The notes under the pieces are model-generated. The model saw only the letters and a list, made by a program, of their open reading frames with translations. It made no database searches and was not told the origin of the DNA. 64,000 nucleotides of DNA from Rhodosorus marinus CCMP1338. Its lineage: Eukaryota; Plantae; Rhodophyta. A program made the position numbers and the translations under genes. Numbering within the stretch: the first letter of the stretch is position 1; every line of letters starts with the position of its first letter. Location of the stretch: the NCBI GenBank assembly GCA_029953675.1, contig JAMWBK010000001.1, positions 1,736,001-1,800,000 on the forward strand. The letters are read 5' to 3'. This document shows, piece after piece, positions 13,122 to 26,099 of the stretch.

Positions 13122-15241
13122 ATGGAGGCTGCCTTCGTAAATGGGTTTGGATTAACTGACGCGCATGGGACCAAAGCATGTAAATGTTTCGGAATAAGAG
13201 ATGGCGTGGTGGACGTGGTTTCTGCGAACAGTAGTCAGACTCGGCGCACAGTCCTTGAAAGCGAGGTCACGAAGCCTCTGAAGAGATGTCGATCAGTTTT
13301 GGCAAAAATGGAGATCGCTGGTTCTCTGCTTTGCGGCCGAAGCCAGAAAGTTCAAAACGGGCTTTACATTGAGTCGTCCATAAGGTATATCGAAACGAAA
13401 AGCAGTTTTGGGTATGGCACACTCATGCGTGCTTGGAACAGCCTGAAGGAGAGCATAGGATGGTCGGAATATACCACAACAGAAGCCAGAATGCTCGGAC
13501 TTCCTTTAAGGACCTTGAGAGAATCTGAACGTTACGGACGACATGTAGTTTGCGACCCAAGGGTGAGTGTCACATTGGATGTATTGCGACCTTGTTTTGC
13601 GGGACCCTGGTATGCGGACCAGGGTCCTGCAGGGATGCCCCACCCGCTGAGCATGACGTTGGTTTTTCTGAAAGGTTGACATGCTTCTGTCCCAGGCTAT
13701 TGCAGAGCTTTCAAGAATTGCGGGTGACTTGAATGTTCCGAAGCCGAGTGCTCCAGAAAGCTATGGAAATCCAGACCACACGATTGAGCTACCTCGACTG
13801 CCAGCTGCTGGTGAGCATCCACGGCACACGGCAGCGTCGTCTCACGCAGGACGTCACTAATTGTACAAGATTCGTTGACAATTCTCAACAGGCAACACAA
13901 GAAGCGTTGCAGCGAAGTGTCCAAACGTAGAGGCTCACCGAAATGGAGATCGCCACCCCAGTTTGATTCTTTGGATGAATGCTGATGGTCGAACGGGAGG
14001 CGGCCAATGCCAAGTTTGCTGCGGATCTGAGGGAAAGCCAATTCGATATTCGGTTTGGTATTCCGGTAATTCTGCTCTTCTGTACAGACGTCGTGAAAAG
14101 GTTCAGGGGTCTAATAAGTACGTGCTAGACATCGCCGTGAAGCCTAAGGTAAAGGGATGCAGGAACACAGTTGGCGAAGAGGGAGTCGTGGACCAGGATG
14201 GAGTGCCAGTGGGAGGCTACGTCATGAGCGCCGACAAATTGGAAGAGCCCATGGTCGAGGGAAATCACGTGTGTGCTCTCCTAAAGGTTCGTCAGAACAC
14301 GGTCAAGGAGCAATCGCTGTCAATTCAACTCACAGAAGTCTCGCTGTTCACTGCGCAGAATCTGCACAGGGCGGACGGTTCCAGGACAAAGTTCCGAACA
14401 ATAGGACACCTGAACTCTAAAGACCCCATTGAGATTCTAGAAATTGCGGATAGAATGTCAAGGTCTGATAAGAGCTTAACCCAAGCAAAGCTGTGCAGCT
14501 GGATGACCAAGCAGGCGATCCATTCCGGAGACGAGTGCGAGGACCTGCTGTACACGAGGATGCTGTCAACGTCGGGAATGGTTGTTTCGAGCTGGAAGCA
14601 GACCAATGGAAAGTCCGGGCAACCTCTGTTCCTGCCCAATGGTTGGGAGCCCTTGGCTCAGAGGTGGATATTATTTGATCTGGATGACTTGCAGATGCTC
14701 TGTGAGGCTGGTACACTATTGAGCACATCGAATCTCTGAGCTGGTGTACGAGCACTACTGAACTGGTTCTGTTTCTTGGGTGGGCGTAATAGTTGTGAAT
14801 ATTGCTTGCAATAAAGTGAATGCTGCTGTCCAGAGCGATGTGAATCTCAGCGGGCGACTGGCTGTCGTGCAGACGGGTCCGAACGGACTGCAGGTTTGGT
14901 GCGAGCTGAGGGAAGTGAGGGAGAAGCCCAGAAAGTGGGTTGCAGAGCACAGTACCAGGGAGTGGTATAAAAGACTGGGACGGAAGATTTTGAGATCGGC
15001 TCGGAGCGCAGGGGCGCGCGGAGGATCTGTACGAACCTATGTATCTCTTTGCTTGTGGAGAACGTTGAACTGATGCTTGATCTCATCTCACTCCTTTGTG
15101 CAGGTGGACCTTGCTTCCTATGCGGCTGGAAGATTTGGGAGAAGGCCAGGATGGAGAGTACTAGAGCGTGGAGATATTTTCAGGTCTAGGCTGTTGTATG
15201 CTCGAGACGAGCGAGGCCCTAACAGGGACCCTCGATTATGA
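13122..15241 (+). CDS. Putative plastid-targeted protein with CHC2-like zinc finger and RepB'-like archaeo-eukaryotic primase domain, 5 exons
   Basis: MEAAFVNGF start. GT-AG introns 13563-13695, 13811-13891, 14711-14816 and 15029-15103 join one open frame. Motifs: CPNVEAH..HPSL..CQVC, ILFDLDDL, AVVQTGPNGLQVW, DLASYAAGRFGRRPGW. Confidence 0.65.
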
Positions 15242-15856
15242 TGCTCCAGGTTGTCGATGGCCAACCTCAAAAGTTCAGTTCTTCAAGCGGTTTGTTTTTA
15301 AGAATTCTGAAATTGGAGTCTGGTACTCTGGTGCCCGAGGGGATGATGTGGTTATGCACGCGTCATGCGGCATTTGTCGAGTGCCGTTGAATCCTTGCGG
15401 CTCATTGAATGCTGGAGAATGGAAACGCGATTCGCCAATGGCTTTTTCTTCATACAGCAAGATCGGACAGTTGACGTTTGCGGGAGTTGCTCTCTACGAA
15501 CGTTTCGAAACGGAAAGAAAGAAAAAAGTGAATTCTTGCATGTAGACTCTCCGTCGACGTTTGTGAGTCGGCGGGGCAGCTTTAGATGAGACTTCCAGTG
15601 CATCAGCCCCGCTACTGCAAAGGTTGAGCAAGCAGATTCACATGCACGTCATACGCAACATGCTTACTCCCTCCCAGTGCAGGAAGCTCGCTACGGGCAA
15701 ATGAAGGTGCCAGCGGGAGATAAGATCTGTCACTGGGAGCATCCGGTATCAGAATTTGTTAAGTGTGTTTCCTCTATATGTAAATTATTTAGTAGCGTGA
15801 CAAAATGAACTGTTGAAGATGCAACGAAAAAAGTGCCTCCATCGCGTAGCTAGCGA

Positions 15857-17369
15857 TCACCGTTTTCGTCGGTTGTTCTCTGAGCTCACCCGGTGTAGAC
15901 TCTCCAGGTGCTCCAAAAATCTTGCGGTCTCTGCTGCAGCATAGCTCTCTCCTCGGACAGATTGTATAAAACCAAGATGACCTCCGCTTTCCGTATACAC
16001 GAGTTTCACTGGAGCCTTTCCTACTTCTTCCTGTTTTGGAAGTGATTTTCGCTCAATGAACGGGTCGTCCAGCGAGTTCACCACCAACGTAGGCACGTTG
16101 ATACGAGAAAGAAGTGGTCTCGTATCGTTCTTTCGGTAATAGTCCATGTTCGACTCGAAACCGAACATGGGCGCAATGTATGCGTCATCGAAGTCCGCAA
16201 TCGTGCGGGCGGCTTTGATAAGCTTCAGGTTCACCTGTGCAGGAAACATTTTCGATTTCTCGATGGCCTTCTTCTTCAAACTTTTAAGAAAGCGTCTGCT
16301 GTACACTAATCTGCTGAAACCCCTTTCAAGCTTCGCCTGGCACGCGACGGGATCAAAGGGGACGCATTGAACAGCGGCGCCGAAAACCTTGAATTTCGCC
16401 AACTCCTCCGCGCTCCTTTCCGCGAGAAACTTCAATACCACATTCGCCCCAAGGCTGAAGCCAGAGAGGTAGATGCGGGTATCCTCAGGCACCCTGCTCG
16501 ACAGGATCTGAACGTAAGTGGCCAAATCGTCCGTGAATCCGAGGTGATAGTCGCGCAACGTCGTGTTCACATCCCCAGAGCATCCGCGGAAATTCATAGC
16601 TGCGACTGTATGCCCACGGCAAGCCAGCGATTTCGTGATTCGACGAGTGTGCGGCCCTCGACTAGTGGATTCAAGACCATGGTACAGAATAACGATCGAT
16701 TTTCCATCGCCCTAGGGTAGCGGAAAAAAGGAAAGCATAAAGCATTCTTAGCAATCGATCTCTGACAACGGGAACAACCACCCGTTCTCCCGTGCGCATG
16801 CATGAACCGCACGAGTGCGGAGGTCTCACATCTGGACTAGAAATCTTCGCAACACTTCTACCGATATGAAAGTCTCAAAAATACTTACAGAATGATGAGT
16901 GTCCACATCGAAAAACCCACCGCAGCGAGTTGCAAACCTTTCGCGGTCATAATTAAGTTGTTCAGAGCGAGGAAGAACCATTCCCCCTATTGTCTGAGCA
17001 TGATGATTTGCTAGCCACCTTTACGGAGAGCAACAACACACAAAAAAGGCGATCGTCAGCAATTCCAAACGAGAACAACCAAGCGCTAGCGCCAAAGCGA
17101 TCTTGTTCCCACGATCAGGCACAAAAATGAAGATGACCGTTCCGGGAAACACCGATGTTTTGACGAAACAACGCTTACCAAACAGGACGAAAGGGACTTG
17201 GCTTGAAGGATTTCGCCGCCTTCAATGCCAGCTGCGATCGCTCATCCGTTTGAACGCTAGTACCGATTTCAACGACCCCTCTCTTTGCGGTCCTTGCGAA
17301 GCTCGGACTCTTCTTATTAGCTGATGGCATCACCATACTCCCAACAAACGCCACGTGCAGACTTTCCAT
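15857..17369 (-). CDS. Alpha/beta hydrolase, YheT/ABHD1-3 family, probable plastid presequence, multi-exon
   Basis: NHHAQTI, NFRGCSG, YHLGFTDDL, GFSLGANVVLKFL (nucleophile Ser), NSLDDPF and GGHLGF. Start MESLHVAFVGS. Confidence 0.88.
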
Positions 17370-17751
17370 CCGACAAACAGCTACAAAAACGTTTCAAAAA
17401 AGAAAGCTAAACCAAAATTGTAACCCGCCCCGTTCAAAAAAGAAAAGAACTAGCCGACCCCTTCCAAACCAAATGTCAGAAAACCATCACTGATCCTCTA
17501 CCTCTTCCTACACGCCCTAAACTCTCCTCATCCCCAACCGTAACCCTCTTCCCCTCCTCCCCTCCTCCCCACTTACGCTCACCCCCATAAAACAAATCTA
17601 AAAGCACCCAATACAAAATACCTAATATGCTCTACCAATTTCCCCCACATCCCCACAAAAACCTCCCCCACGTCATCAGAACAAAATAAATCAAAACAAC
17701 AAAAGTCCTTCTATTTTCTTTGGAATGAATGAAAATATCAATCACATCAAA

Positions 17752-17756
<5 letters not shown>

Positions 17757-17781
<25 letters not shown>
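17757..17781. repeat. (TA)n microsatellite
   Basis: TATATATA run read directly. Confidence 0.95.
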
Positions 17782-17782
<1 letters not shown>

Positions 17783-19280
17783 GTATTACCTCGGGCATCA
17801 AGATCCACAGCATCCATAGCCATCCACAAGACGTCATCTACAGCATCCATAGCCATCCACAGCATCCCATCCACTAACAAACAATACCATCCCATCGTCA
17901 CATCCCCTCCCAAAAAAAGAAACAATCAAATCCTACCCCCTTGACATCCATTATCACCTTTAATCTATCCCAAAAATGAGAAACCAACGTATTTCCTACC
18001 TCCAATGAGAACCATTCTTGTCTAAGTAGACCTAAAATATAATAATAATTCCAGTGTTCATGAGGGAGAAAAATTATTATATTTATGTTTGTTTGAAATT
18101 ATTAATGAATTTATAGTTCTAGGGATGGTGGAGAAAGGGGGGGGGGGGGTAGATTTGGATTTGTGAACGTAGCCAACGAATCCAACGGTTCAGATTCACA
18201 CTTTTACTCTTAAAGAGTAATATTAAATTTCCATTCGTTGGGATATTTCGTACCTGAAAAAGGGATGATTTACAGAGAACGGCTATATTTCTCCCTTACG
18301 TAAACAAACCCCACCTTGCTCGATACCAAAAATAATGCTTTTAGCGGATTGCAAATCAATGATACCCCCCTCCCCACCCCCGGCTGTCCCCCCTTCTTTG
18401 CATCCGCAGCACGAGGAACACTTCAAACATTTACAGAAAGAAAATTCGGAATATTCCTCTTTTTTAAAATAATATATAATATTTGGAGTATATTTTTCTT
18501 CCGTCCAACGGACGCTTGGGGGTCACGTGTTGCTGATACCCACGTTTTTCGACTCTTTTAGGAGGTGCTTTGTGTTTTATTTCATCTGTTTGAAACTTTT
18601 AGGGGCTTTTGCCTTTGTGGGGTAAAAGTCGTTGAACGTTTTTTGGGGGGGAGAATTTTGGAAAGTTTGACTTTGGTGGCATCAGCCTGGACTGATGTCA
18701 ACTTTTTTCATGCGTGTGCCGGGGGAGGAACGGGAGGGAGGGGCGGGACGGGTACTTTAAAGTCCCTCGCTCGAATGTGAAAATGTGGCTTTCAAAGTTC
18801 CGATTCTGAAAAGTTGCTAAAGGTTCCTACGATGTGGAAATTCTGGTCTGCTTGTCCACTTCCGGTGTAGTGCGTGCCTGGAGACCCCGAGTAGAAAAGG
18901 CTGTACCGAAAGACGAATAATCACCAAAATGTTTTTGGACAGATTGCTGTGCTTTCGTCACTCACTGTCCCAATTTCAATGTCCCCCTTATCACTCAACA
19001 AAAACAAAATCTGGAGATTTTGTCAATGCACAAAGCTGTGGGGGAGCAGGCAATCGTGTCCTTGTGCTTGAATGTACTTGTTTCCGGCGCGCCTTCTACT
19101 AGTTAACAGGCCCATCTCCAGCTGTTGTGTTTGGGTACGGCATGCAACCGATTCTCTCCCTGGAAACCGGAGACTGTCCTTGGCATCAACTAATTTTTAA
19201 TGAATGCGGCTCTTTCCATAACTCTTTAAGACATTAACATAGCTTTGGCGATCAATTTTTGGCGCGAGGCAAAGATCCGA

Positions 19281-22200
19281 CTACTTGTGATGATCTCCAC
19301 TATTCGGTTCTACGGTTTTAAGCTTGGTATTGTGTGACTGGCAGAAAGAGCATCTCAAATAAAGGAAGTGGAAATGTACAGTGCTCTCTTTCTGGCAGTC
19401 GTTGCAAAGCACCGTCGCTCTTGCTGATCTGTATTCCGACGGCATTGGCTCTCGAGTCATCATAACGTTCTAAAACATTGCGAGAAAACCATTCAATCAG
19501 ACAAAAATCTTTCCGGGGGGAGCGGATCACCTCGCAGCACAAGTTTCGTCCGCAACCAACGCGAGCACGCAGTTTGTGGCCAGACCTACCAAGCGAGCGA
19601 TTTGGTCTGACATATCCTCCAACGACTTTTGGCAAACAGGACAACGCCGGTACAGCTTGGCATAGTGAGAATAGCAATGCTTGTGCATCAGATGCCCACA
19701 AAACAGGTACTGTATGGGCGTCGTCGAGGAAAATAGATAGTTGTTGCAGATTGGGCAATTCGATTCCATGACCTTTTCTATACACTTATGCTCCCTCCGC
19801 GATAAACTAAGACAAGCGTTGCACCTGGCAGAAACGCGAAAACAAGGAAAGATGAGGACTCCTGCAGACCGTTCAAGGAGCAAACAAACAGCGCTAGATG
19901 TTCCATTGAACTGATGCCGGCGAGCTTACTTCATGCAGTGGAAGAAGTCTATTCCAAGACCCTTCCCAACACGGCAGACGTTGCAGCTGTGGCAGTGATA
20001 GATAGATCTGCTCGCGTTACCATCATAGAGTCGGCATATAGAACAATAGTATTTCGCAAATTGCGCATGACACGAACGACACGACTCGCCCACGGGCTGC
20101 AACGTGTCTGTAAGAGCGAAAAAAGTGCCTCCCAATTCAGCTTTGGCGCTCCGCAAACGAACAGCACTCAACTACAGTCCCCAATGATTGCATTTTTCGT
20201 ATAAAATTAAGATATTAGTATTGGAAAGCACCTACCGCAAAGCATGCACCAAATTTCCTCAGTTTGGTACCGGTTCATGGTGTGGTTTGACACAGCGTCG
20301 TGGCACAATCTGCACGTGAACAGCTTTCCACAACATTTGGCTCGTACTTTACATCGTCGTTGGTAATGCTTGCAGCCAAGCACCTTCTGACCATCAGGCA
20401 AATAGATGTATGATTTCACCCGTTCCTCCGGGGTGACTACTCAGGGAGAGAAGAACACAAAGTTAACAAAAATGTGCTTCACATCAGAAACTAAACCTAT
20501 GGCAACAAGCGCGCCGGGCTTTCGGGGCCTCGGTTGGCATAATGTTGAATACGTACTCTCAGATTGTGGACTCTCAGCTGGGGCATTCTTCATCCAACGC
20601 GTTACCAGCAAACTCTGCATAACGCGACTCTTTTGCTCCGAGGACAGCGCTTCATCTGCTGCCACCAGTCGCATTGCTCTTTGTACATCTTCCTTCCCTT
20701 GCAACAACATCAACCCCACGGCAGCACTGTCGACGGGAAGACGCGTAAAGGCACTTGAGTTAGCAACCGGGTTATCGGCAGGGCGAGGAGCTGTTGTCCG
20801 GGAAGTAAGCATACCCTTCCTCAACGGTCGCGTCCTCAGATTCTTTATTTGTCGGCTGTTCAGGCTCCTCAGCAGCCGGAGTCGCGGACTTGAACGGGAA
20901 CCAAGTTCGTAGCCATTTGTCAAAAAGCGTAGAGCCAGTGACAGCAAATATGTGGTTCATCATTTGATCGCGCTCCGTTGCACTTAGCACGCGAATCATC
21001 CACGGAAGCATTTCTTGAAGAATCTCCCCTGGCATTTGGCCGAAAATATTGGCCACTACCTCGGATTGTTCCTCTATTGTAAAATTCTTGACCAGGAGGG
21101 GCCAAAGATGTGATTCTTCCTGCGTAAGATGATTCATCATGTCATCTCGGAGCGTCCGAGCTACTACATATACGGACATTGCCACGTCAACGTCTCCTGA
21201 ACATTGCAAATTTTCCAATTGTTTTGCCAAACTCCCGAACAGTCGACGCTCGTCAGAGTGCTCATCCTCATAGGTGCCCGACACGTTCGAAACACGCTTT
21301 TCGACCAGAGGCAATACAATCGAGTCTTCCGCTTTTGAGTGGAAGTGTACCTATGTCAGAGGTGTGAACGAGAGGGTGTTCGTGGTGAGGGAATAACGTT
21401 CAAACAGTTGACAACCGAAACCCTCCTTCAACTCTTCTACAACTCCCCTTGGAAAGCTAGCTACGAGTGAGCATCAAAACTTCAGGGGTCAGACAAAGTT
21501 TACCATTCTGCGAAGGAAGCTGCACCTTTCTGCGAGGGAAGAAACCGCATTCGGGTTCATGGACTCCGGCAAGACCGTTGAAGCCTCCATAATTGCCTGC
21601 AGCTCTATCCGGATTGCTTTATGAACCCTTAGTATCTCGTTGATGGGACTTCCGTCCGCAAATTCTCCATTGTCTGCTACGCCTTTGCTTTGAGTCTGAA
21701 GCTGAGGAACCCGAAGGCACAGTTCTTCCCATTGTCGCCGGCTTTTCTCACCCTGCAAAACAAGTAAACAAAGATAACAAAGCCGTTAAGTAGCTGACTG
21801 AGCGAAGACGCTCAGAAAAATTAGGTCCGCTGGGACACCTAAGCGCCTAACTGATGTAGCGAAATCCAAGTCAGTTCTAAACATACAGTCTGAACCGCTC
21901 TCGCAATCGCTACAGCAATGTTCCCAAATTCTTCCTCTGGAGAGTATCTCAGGACGTTCCGGAGCAGCCTTTCCTGTTCATCAAGGTTGAGGGCCTCCAA
22001 ACACCACAGAATCAGGTCTGCCAGAAATTCGGCCGGAATCTGAGTTCCAACACAACAAAAGAGAAGCCGCAGTCCACTTCAGCCTACTATTCATAATCAC
22101 CAGCTGCTGTCCGAGTCTGAGGAAGGGCAGGCTCTCACCATTGCCATGGCTTTTCGGACAAGCTGATCTTGATCCTCAACGGAGAAGTACTTTTCAATAA

Positions 22201-23705
22201 GAGGGAAGATTGTGGTCTCCTCATCATCCATGTACTTGGTGAAGTCCTTCGCGAACTCCTCTAGCATACGCAAAAGCACAATTTTCTCCACTCCCCGCCC
22301 GTCATCAACGGCTTGCCCTGACGCAAGCATCGCCTTGAGTTTCTGTTGCAGGGCCACCAACGTTTCTCGTGCTTCCGTTGGGTCATCCTTTTCTGGAAGG
22401 CCAGAAACGTTTGTCTTTCCTTCGCTAAGCCGCTGCTGTAGCTCCTTCTTCAAAATCTGCACCTCACCAGCCACTCGGTATGTCAGCATCTTCTCCAAAA
22501 AGGCAAACCTTTCTGCTAGACATTTAAGCTGTGCGTTGTCAAACGGGTCCACGTGTTTTGTGAACTTCAAAAGATCCTACCCAACGAACGTCGAGACAGC
22601 CCGAAACGATGATCGAAACAAAAAAAGTTCATGTAAGCAACCTAGGCGGGCAGTCCAGATAGGTCAATAGCAGCCCCCGAAAAGGAACGAATACAATACG
22701 CTAAGCCTCTCGAGCTCTGTTTTTGCTTCGACTATTGGTTATTCCTTCACAAACGAAAATCCGGGAAACAAGTAAGGAGTGTTTTCAAAGACGTACCGCG
22801 AGCTCAATGCGTATGGCCTTGTTGATGTGGGTAATTTCGACGAGCGGGTTTGACTTGATCTTTGCTGCCTTCTCAAAGGCAGGGAACACATTGCACAGGT
22901 CCGACCATTCCGACGCTGAAAGATCATGTGCAATGCTAGAGGCGATCTCAGCCAGCTGGTCTTCCGTGCTGTACTTTTCAATTAACCCCAAAAAGTCAAT
23001 GCGTTCTCCTTTTGACAGAGCTCTAACAGTCCAGGTCAAGACCGGTGTGGCAAACATCACGGCGAGCATACCAACTAGCAGCTTGCCTTGCTCTGCTTCG
23101 CTGAAAATATCATTGAACAGGGGTAACAGGACTTTCTCCTCCTCGTCTAGATGCACATTGACGCAATCAATCAGCTGAGATAGCTTTTCCTGCTTGAGGT
23201 CCCGGATCGTCCCCTCCCAATCTGTCTCGGATTTTTTCGGACTGCCAATCTCTTTTTGTAGAGTTCGCAATGCCTCAGTTATCTGATCGAAATACTCTTC
23301 CATATCTTTGTGCTTGTGTTTTAGCACGCTGATGTAATGCTTCGCTGAGGGGTTCGATTTCTCCTTAGACTCCTCAAGCTTCACCATTAGGGCTGGACAA
23401 AGAACAGACTCCTCGGACTTGCAGTGCTTGTCCATCATGCTTTTCAAATAGCTAATACGGGCCAAAATTCCGCCATAGAACTGCGCCGTCGAGCTCACGC
23501 TCACGTCCGAAATCGTTCTCCGGAGCAACTCTAAATTTCGTCTGATCGCCTTGTGGACGTTGAACATCTCTGCCAAGGGCTCAATCTGTGTCGAATTCTG
23601 CGCGGCATCGCCATTTTCAAATCCATCCTCGATTATCTTGAGGCGCTTTTGAGCTGGCCCTTCTCTGTCCAGCTCAACGTTCTGGGTACGCCCCACAAAC
23701 TCCAT
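19281..23705 (-). CDS. BTS: BRUTUS/HRZ-like E3 ubiquitin ligase: three hemerythrin domains, CHY zinc finger, CTCHY, RING and zinc ribbon; many exons
   Basis: Hemerythrin motifs HKAIR..HCKSEE..HLDEEE and HKAIR..HSDE..HLTQEE. CHY: GCKHYQRRCKVRAKCCGKLFTCRLCHD. CTCHY: YHCHSCNVCRVGKGLGIDFFHC. RING: CPIC..CGHLMHKHC..CPVC. Ribbon: CNDC..HFLYLRCSFCQSHNT. Confidence 0.92.
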
Positions 23706-26099
23706 CTCACCTCCAAGCCCCTAAACACTCAAAGGGGGGTGACCCACTCATCGAAACCTTTCCGGAACCCAGCCAACCTCCAACCAAAAGCAAACACACA
23801 GACCGCAGCTCTCGGCTCTCCTGAAGACTCAACCTCCAGTCCTCACTCCGAAGACCCCACGCAACCACCCAAACAAGACAATCCTTCAACCCCTTCCCCA
23901 GCGACAAGACTTCACCAACATTCTCCTCCTGGTCCTCTCCCAAAACCTCTACAGAAAAGCAGCAACCAACACTTCCAACAGCAGCTTCAAGAAGCAGTCG
24001 TCCCTTCCCCTACCTTAATAAACGGTTATGAACCTGCACGTCCGCGAAGGTCTATTTTATGTCCTCTCCTCACCCACAGGTGACTCACCTAACCCCGACA
24101 TGCTACGTTCATCTACTACCCCCAACCAGTCCAACCCTTCTTCTTCCCTGCCCAACATATTTGTACACCTCTATACCCCCCTTCTCCATTTTTCTCCAAA
24201 CGATTTGAAATTGTTTAGTTTAATTTTTTGAGAATAGAAAGTTCAGCGATCCCCCCCCTCCTCCTCTTTCCTAACTCGGTCGTCATCTGGGGAGTCCGCA
24301 CCCTAAAAAAGAAATATAAAACCAAACTATACCCTTCCCTGAGGGGAATAAATGAAAGAAAAAATCTCGTGCTTTGGAAGATGAATACAATAATACAGAA
24401 GAATTTTCCGAAGGGGATTCTCTTGTTGTCGGAGAAGGGTCGTAGACTAATTTTGAGATGCGAGTCATTCTTTAGGGAGTAAGTGGAGTTTAGGACTCTC
24501 TGCAATTCTTAAACGAGTAATTTGCTCGACGACCTTCAAAAGCTAAGACGGAAATGTATTTAATCTAGGGTGCAATGGGTTATGGACAGGCTAACTTGAA
24601 GGCACAAGCTTGGTATCCCGTTAAGAGTTATGGGCGGGCTGGTCCAATTATAGTGGATTGCGCATCTGCACAATCTTTGCTCGCATCGTTGAAGTGCTGA
24701 GTTTTCGTTTGCGCTGGCTCATCTTCTTAAGGCGGTTAGCAATGCGTCGTCCGAGTCAGTAATCTTTAGGTTCCACGTTTCGTCTGACAGGTAAATGTAA
24801 GTACAACCCTTAAGCTTCTACTTTCCAGTCTCATCGGCATGGTTACGTACACGTAACTATGGTGTCTACAGCTCCTTGCACCGTCTTGCATACATCACTC
24901 CTTGAAACAGTGAGAAGTTTGTTGAGCTCAGTTGATTTTTCGTCGCTGGAGTAAGAAGAGTCTCCCTCACCACGAAGTGACGCGACAGTCGCCATCCGAT
25001 TAACTGACGACGCCGCGCGTGAAACCGAGACCCTGCTTAACAGCTCTGCGAGGATCTCCGGCCTTGCTGAATCGACAGGATTTCGAATCTTGGGGACTTT
25101 TCCCCCTTAAATATGGCTTCAGAAACGAAATCTACAAATTTCACCGGTGGAATTCGTGGCGCTCATGGAGCGGGTTCGGCGGTCAGAGTTGAATTGCCCA
25201 GAAACCCAATTTGATACGGTTCCGCGCATTCCGGTATATACCCATCAAGCCGGTCACAACGCCTGCATCCTCCTGAGCAGATTATCCAAGATATCCGTTG
25301 TTATGGCTTCAGTCGCCCTGATCCTCTCTGGACTCTTTTAACCAAAAACGGTGATATGTCTTTCAGAGTACGTTTTGTAGCCCAACGCACTAGTTTTGGG
25401 ACTAAAAAATGATCTGTCAGGGACTTTTCTTGGAAGACGAGTTTGAAACCAAAACGTTTGAAACGTGCAATGTCCGAGTTTGGAGACAGGCTATCCCACA
25501 TTCCATGGTATTGGCTTTTTCATAGAAAGACATAAGCGCGAACAACATTCCTGTGAAAATGAGATACGGAGATTTACCAAGGAGAAAGGATCCGCACACT
25601 CCGCATAAGTGCATGCGAGTGCATCAGCCGGAATCCCGCCCGTCTTCGGACTTCGGGTCAGTTGACTATTGTCTATGAACTTTCGTGGATCGATTCTACA
25701 CAAGTCCAAATGAGACCTTCCCTCTGAAACAATCAGTCACTGTAGAAAAAGAAGACTGAGCAGGGTCCAGTTCCATGAGGTGCAAGACAGAGCATACAGT
25801 CCTAGTTTACGCCAGCGACGACCCAAACACGTGTTAATTATCGGGGCTCACCGCTCAATAACGACCCCAAAACCCGTTTCTTCTCTCCCCCCCCCCGCCT
25901 CTTCTTAGGTTCTGAATCCCGCAATCAGGAGAGTGTCTTCCGCAGAGTTTCTGACGGACATAGTCCATAACTCCGCGCGTACTAAAACAAAAAAATCATA
26001 AAAACGTTTTTTAGGGAATCATTTATCTGTACTAACGTAGAACAGTAAAAACAGTTGCAAAACATTTGGAATTCATTTCTTGGAACCCCAAGCGTCAGG

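Noticed and set aside
15168-15545. 125-aa ORF as the last exon of the primase-like gene
   Set aside because: The spliced frame ends at TGA 15239-15241. This ORF is in another frame and no splice path into it was found.
24570-25720. Candidate small spliced genes on either strand
   Set aside because: Splice-like signals exist, but no consistent open frame or family could be built.
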